64,000 bases of DNA from positions 15,562,001 through 15,626,000 of the forward strand of contig CAIIXF020000001.1 of NCBI GenBank assembly GCA_903813345.2. Direction: 5' to 3'. Numbering within the stretch: the stretch's first letter is position 1; every line of letters begins with the position of its first letter. This DNA comes from Owenia fusiformis. Lineage: Eukaryota. The translations under genes and the position numbers were made by a program. A model generated the notes under the pieces. It saw only the letters and a program-made list of their open reading frames with translations. It had not been told where the DNA came from and ran no database searches. Below are positions 62,193 to 64,000 of the stretch, one piece after another.

Positions 62193-64000
62193 CCCCAGAC
62201 ATGTATGTAGCATGTACTAGGCACATGGCTTTCACGTGACTAATGGGCTGATGCAAGACCTAGTCAGTCCACTAGAATCCCAGGCAGGATATCACTAGTG
62301 CAAAATAAACAACCATGGTGCAATGAGGAAATAACTTTTGCAAAATAAATGGCTTTGCTTAGCAATCACGATTTCTGCTGTTTAACACAAAACGAACACA
62401 TATCTTGTAATGTATTAGCTAGATTAAGATATAAACTAGATAAATATAACAAAAACCAATCATCATTAGCTCTAATTATGGTGAAATTGCAAGGAAAAAC
62501 GAGTAAGTGAATGTAGGTCAGCAGAGTTCTTCTACAGGAAGTGAGAAAAATGTACAGATAAAAACAAAAATAAATCTCACAGAAAATAGCAGTTAAAACG
62601 ACTCCCTGTACATCTAAAGTGTTCCATACCTTAATGTAAGTATAACACAACCTTGACTGGGAAACACTTTCCTACTGTAAAAACTGTCTGAACTGCTAGA
62701 AAATGGTATTTGACTCCAAAAATAAAAAATTGAAAAATTAAAAATTTGTTACAGTATGTAAGAATCATATACACGTCGAATTATTAGCATAAATGTCTCA
62801 GTTTGAACGATAAATGGAAATATAACACTTCCGGGAAATTTTGTCACAAACGCCTTATGGACTTTTCTCTATTATATTCCCTATATTTTTAGAATATACC
62901 ATTGATAGTGCTGACTGTGCTTCCGGGTTACTTGTGGGACTGAATATTTCCTAAAATTCCATTGGATGCCAAAAAGTTATGGGCGACTTCCGGTGGACAA
63001 AGTTGTTTTGAAAATATATGTATTTTGGACAATATCTCCATCAGTTGACTTTTAATTACGGTAAGTAGCATACCAAATTTTCCTGCTATAAGAGGCCTTC
63101 ACTATAGATATACATATTAGCACACGCAACACTAACATATCCCAAATATGAAGTAGAACTAGATATCTAATTTTGGACTTTTGAACGGAGATCAGAGATG
63201 GAATTTGCACATATTTCACTGATTTTGTTCACGGAGTCAAGATTGATTGTAGAAGTATCAGCACCTCACGAAAAGTTCCCCATACAACAGAAAATTTCAA
63301 GGACCACCCTCAGGAACGCCTATCGGTACACCATAAAGAATTACAAAAGCTATGGAAATTACTTGCTGTCGCACATGTAATAAATTCTTAACTCAGTGTA
63401 TTCAGTGCTCGATTTTCTCCGTCCTAGAAAGTCCAGATAAAGTGGAATTCGTGTCCATAATGACAAATAAGAACTTAAAAATTTGAAGTGGAATTCACAT
63501 TGCCGATGTGGATTGGCTCCCAGAATGCTGCAACATGACACGTGTCAGCTTTCAAAATGCTGTTCCGCCATTTTGAAATCTGTCATGAGTAAATAAGGTT
63601 ACTTGATGTTGCATTCTGGGAGTCAATCCTCCTTGGATCACAAATTCATGAAAACATTCGTTAGATTTGGTAGGGATTCATCCATCATTTGCAGGTATGA
63701 AGCTTTGGATTCATTTATTGTGCTACTTAAAGTCAATGGGAATTATTTTTCTACCACTTGGGAGAGTTTGAGACACGAAACTTAGAATTTAGCTCATTGT
63801 GACAACTTTTGAGGGTTGAGATTTATTTTTGCACCCCACTTTAGTGGAGTTGTCCTTGTTGTTGTTGGTATCCTGATGGCAGTATGGTGTAGAGGTGTCA
63901 AGTATTAACCGGTTAACCGGTTAACCGCCGATAATGCCTTGACCGGTCTGAGTTTTTATGGGCGGTTAGTTGACCGTGTATAATTCTGTTATTTCCCGCG

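Larger units (their letters stand above)
53871..62753 (-). mobile_element. Non-autonomous Ty3/gypsy-type LTR retrotransposon (gag-protease only)
   Basis: Two 2825-bp direct repeats TGTAAC...GTTACA, 4-bp TSD GTAT (53867-53870, 62754-62757), PBS, PPT, single gag-pro ORF. Confidence 0.95.
59929..62753 (-). repeat. 5' LTR
   Basis: Direct repeat of 53871-56695; candidate TATAAAA on minus strand at 62192-62186. Confidence 0.95.

Overview
AT-rich, intron-containing, repeat-dense animal genomic DNA (probably a marine invertebrate; species not determinable from the sequence). Host genes: a coiled-coil + NHL-repeat (TRIM-NHL-like) gene (minus, 1851-3332), SPCS1 (plus, 4 exons, 6128-10024, missed by the ORF track), HSDL2 (plus, 28117-46501, with a tandemly duplicated, probably mutually exclusive exon 6), and the two 3' exons of a NADAR/YbiA-family gene (minus, 47578-50635). 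Three mobile elements stand out. (1) A 4.37-kb miniature Polinton/Maverick (22284-26657) has AGTAGT termini, ~233-bp TIRs and a 6-bp TSD, and encodes only an intron-containing Zn-finger/packaging-ATPase and an integrase-chromodomain protein. (2) It is nested in a 13.7-kb Mutator-like TIR element with a perfect 10-bp TSD (14081-27823). (3) An apparently very young 8.9-kb Ty3/gypsy-type LTR element (53871-62753) encodes only Gag-protease, has a tRNA-Leu PBS, and has two 2825-bp LTRs each holding a ~1.9-kb higher-order tandem array. The rest is a dense set of MITEs, foldbacks, Helentron/HINE-like elements and a solo LTR, several nested up to three levels deep. All family assignments come from motif recognition, not database searches.
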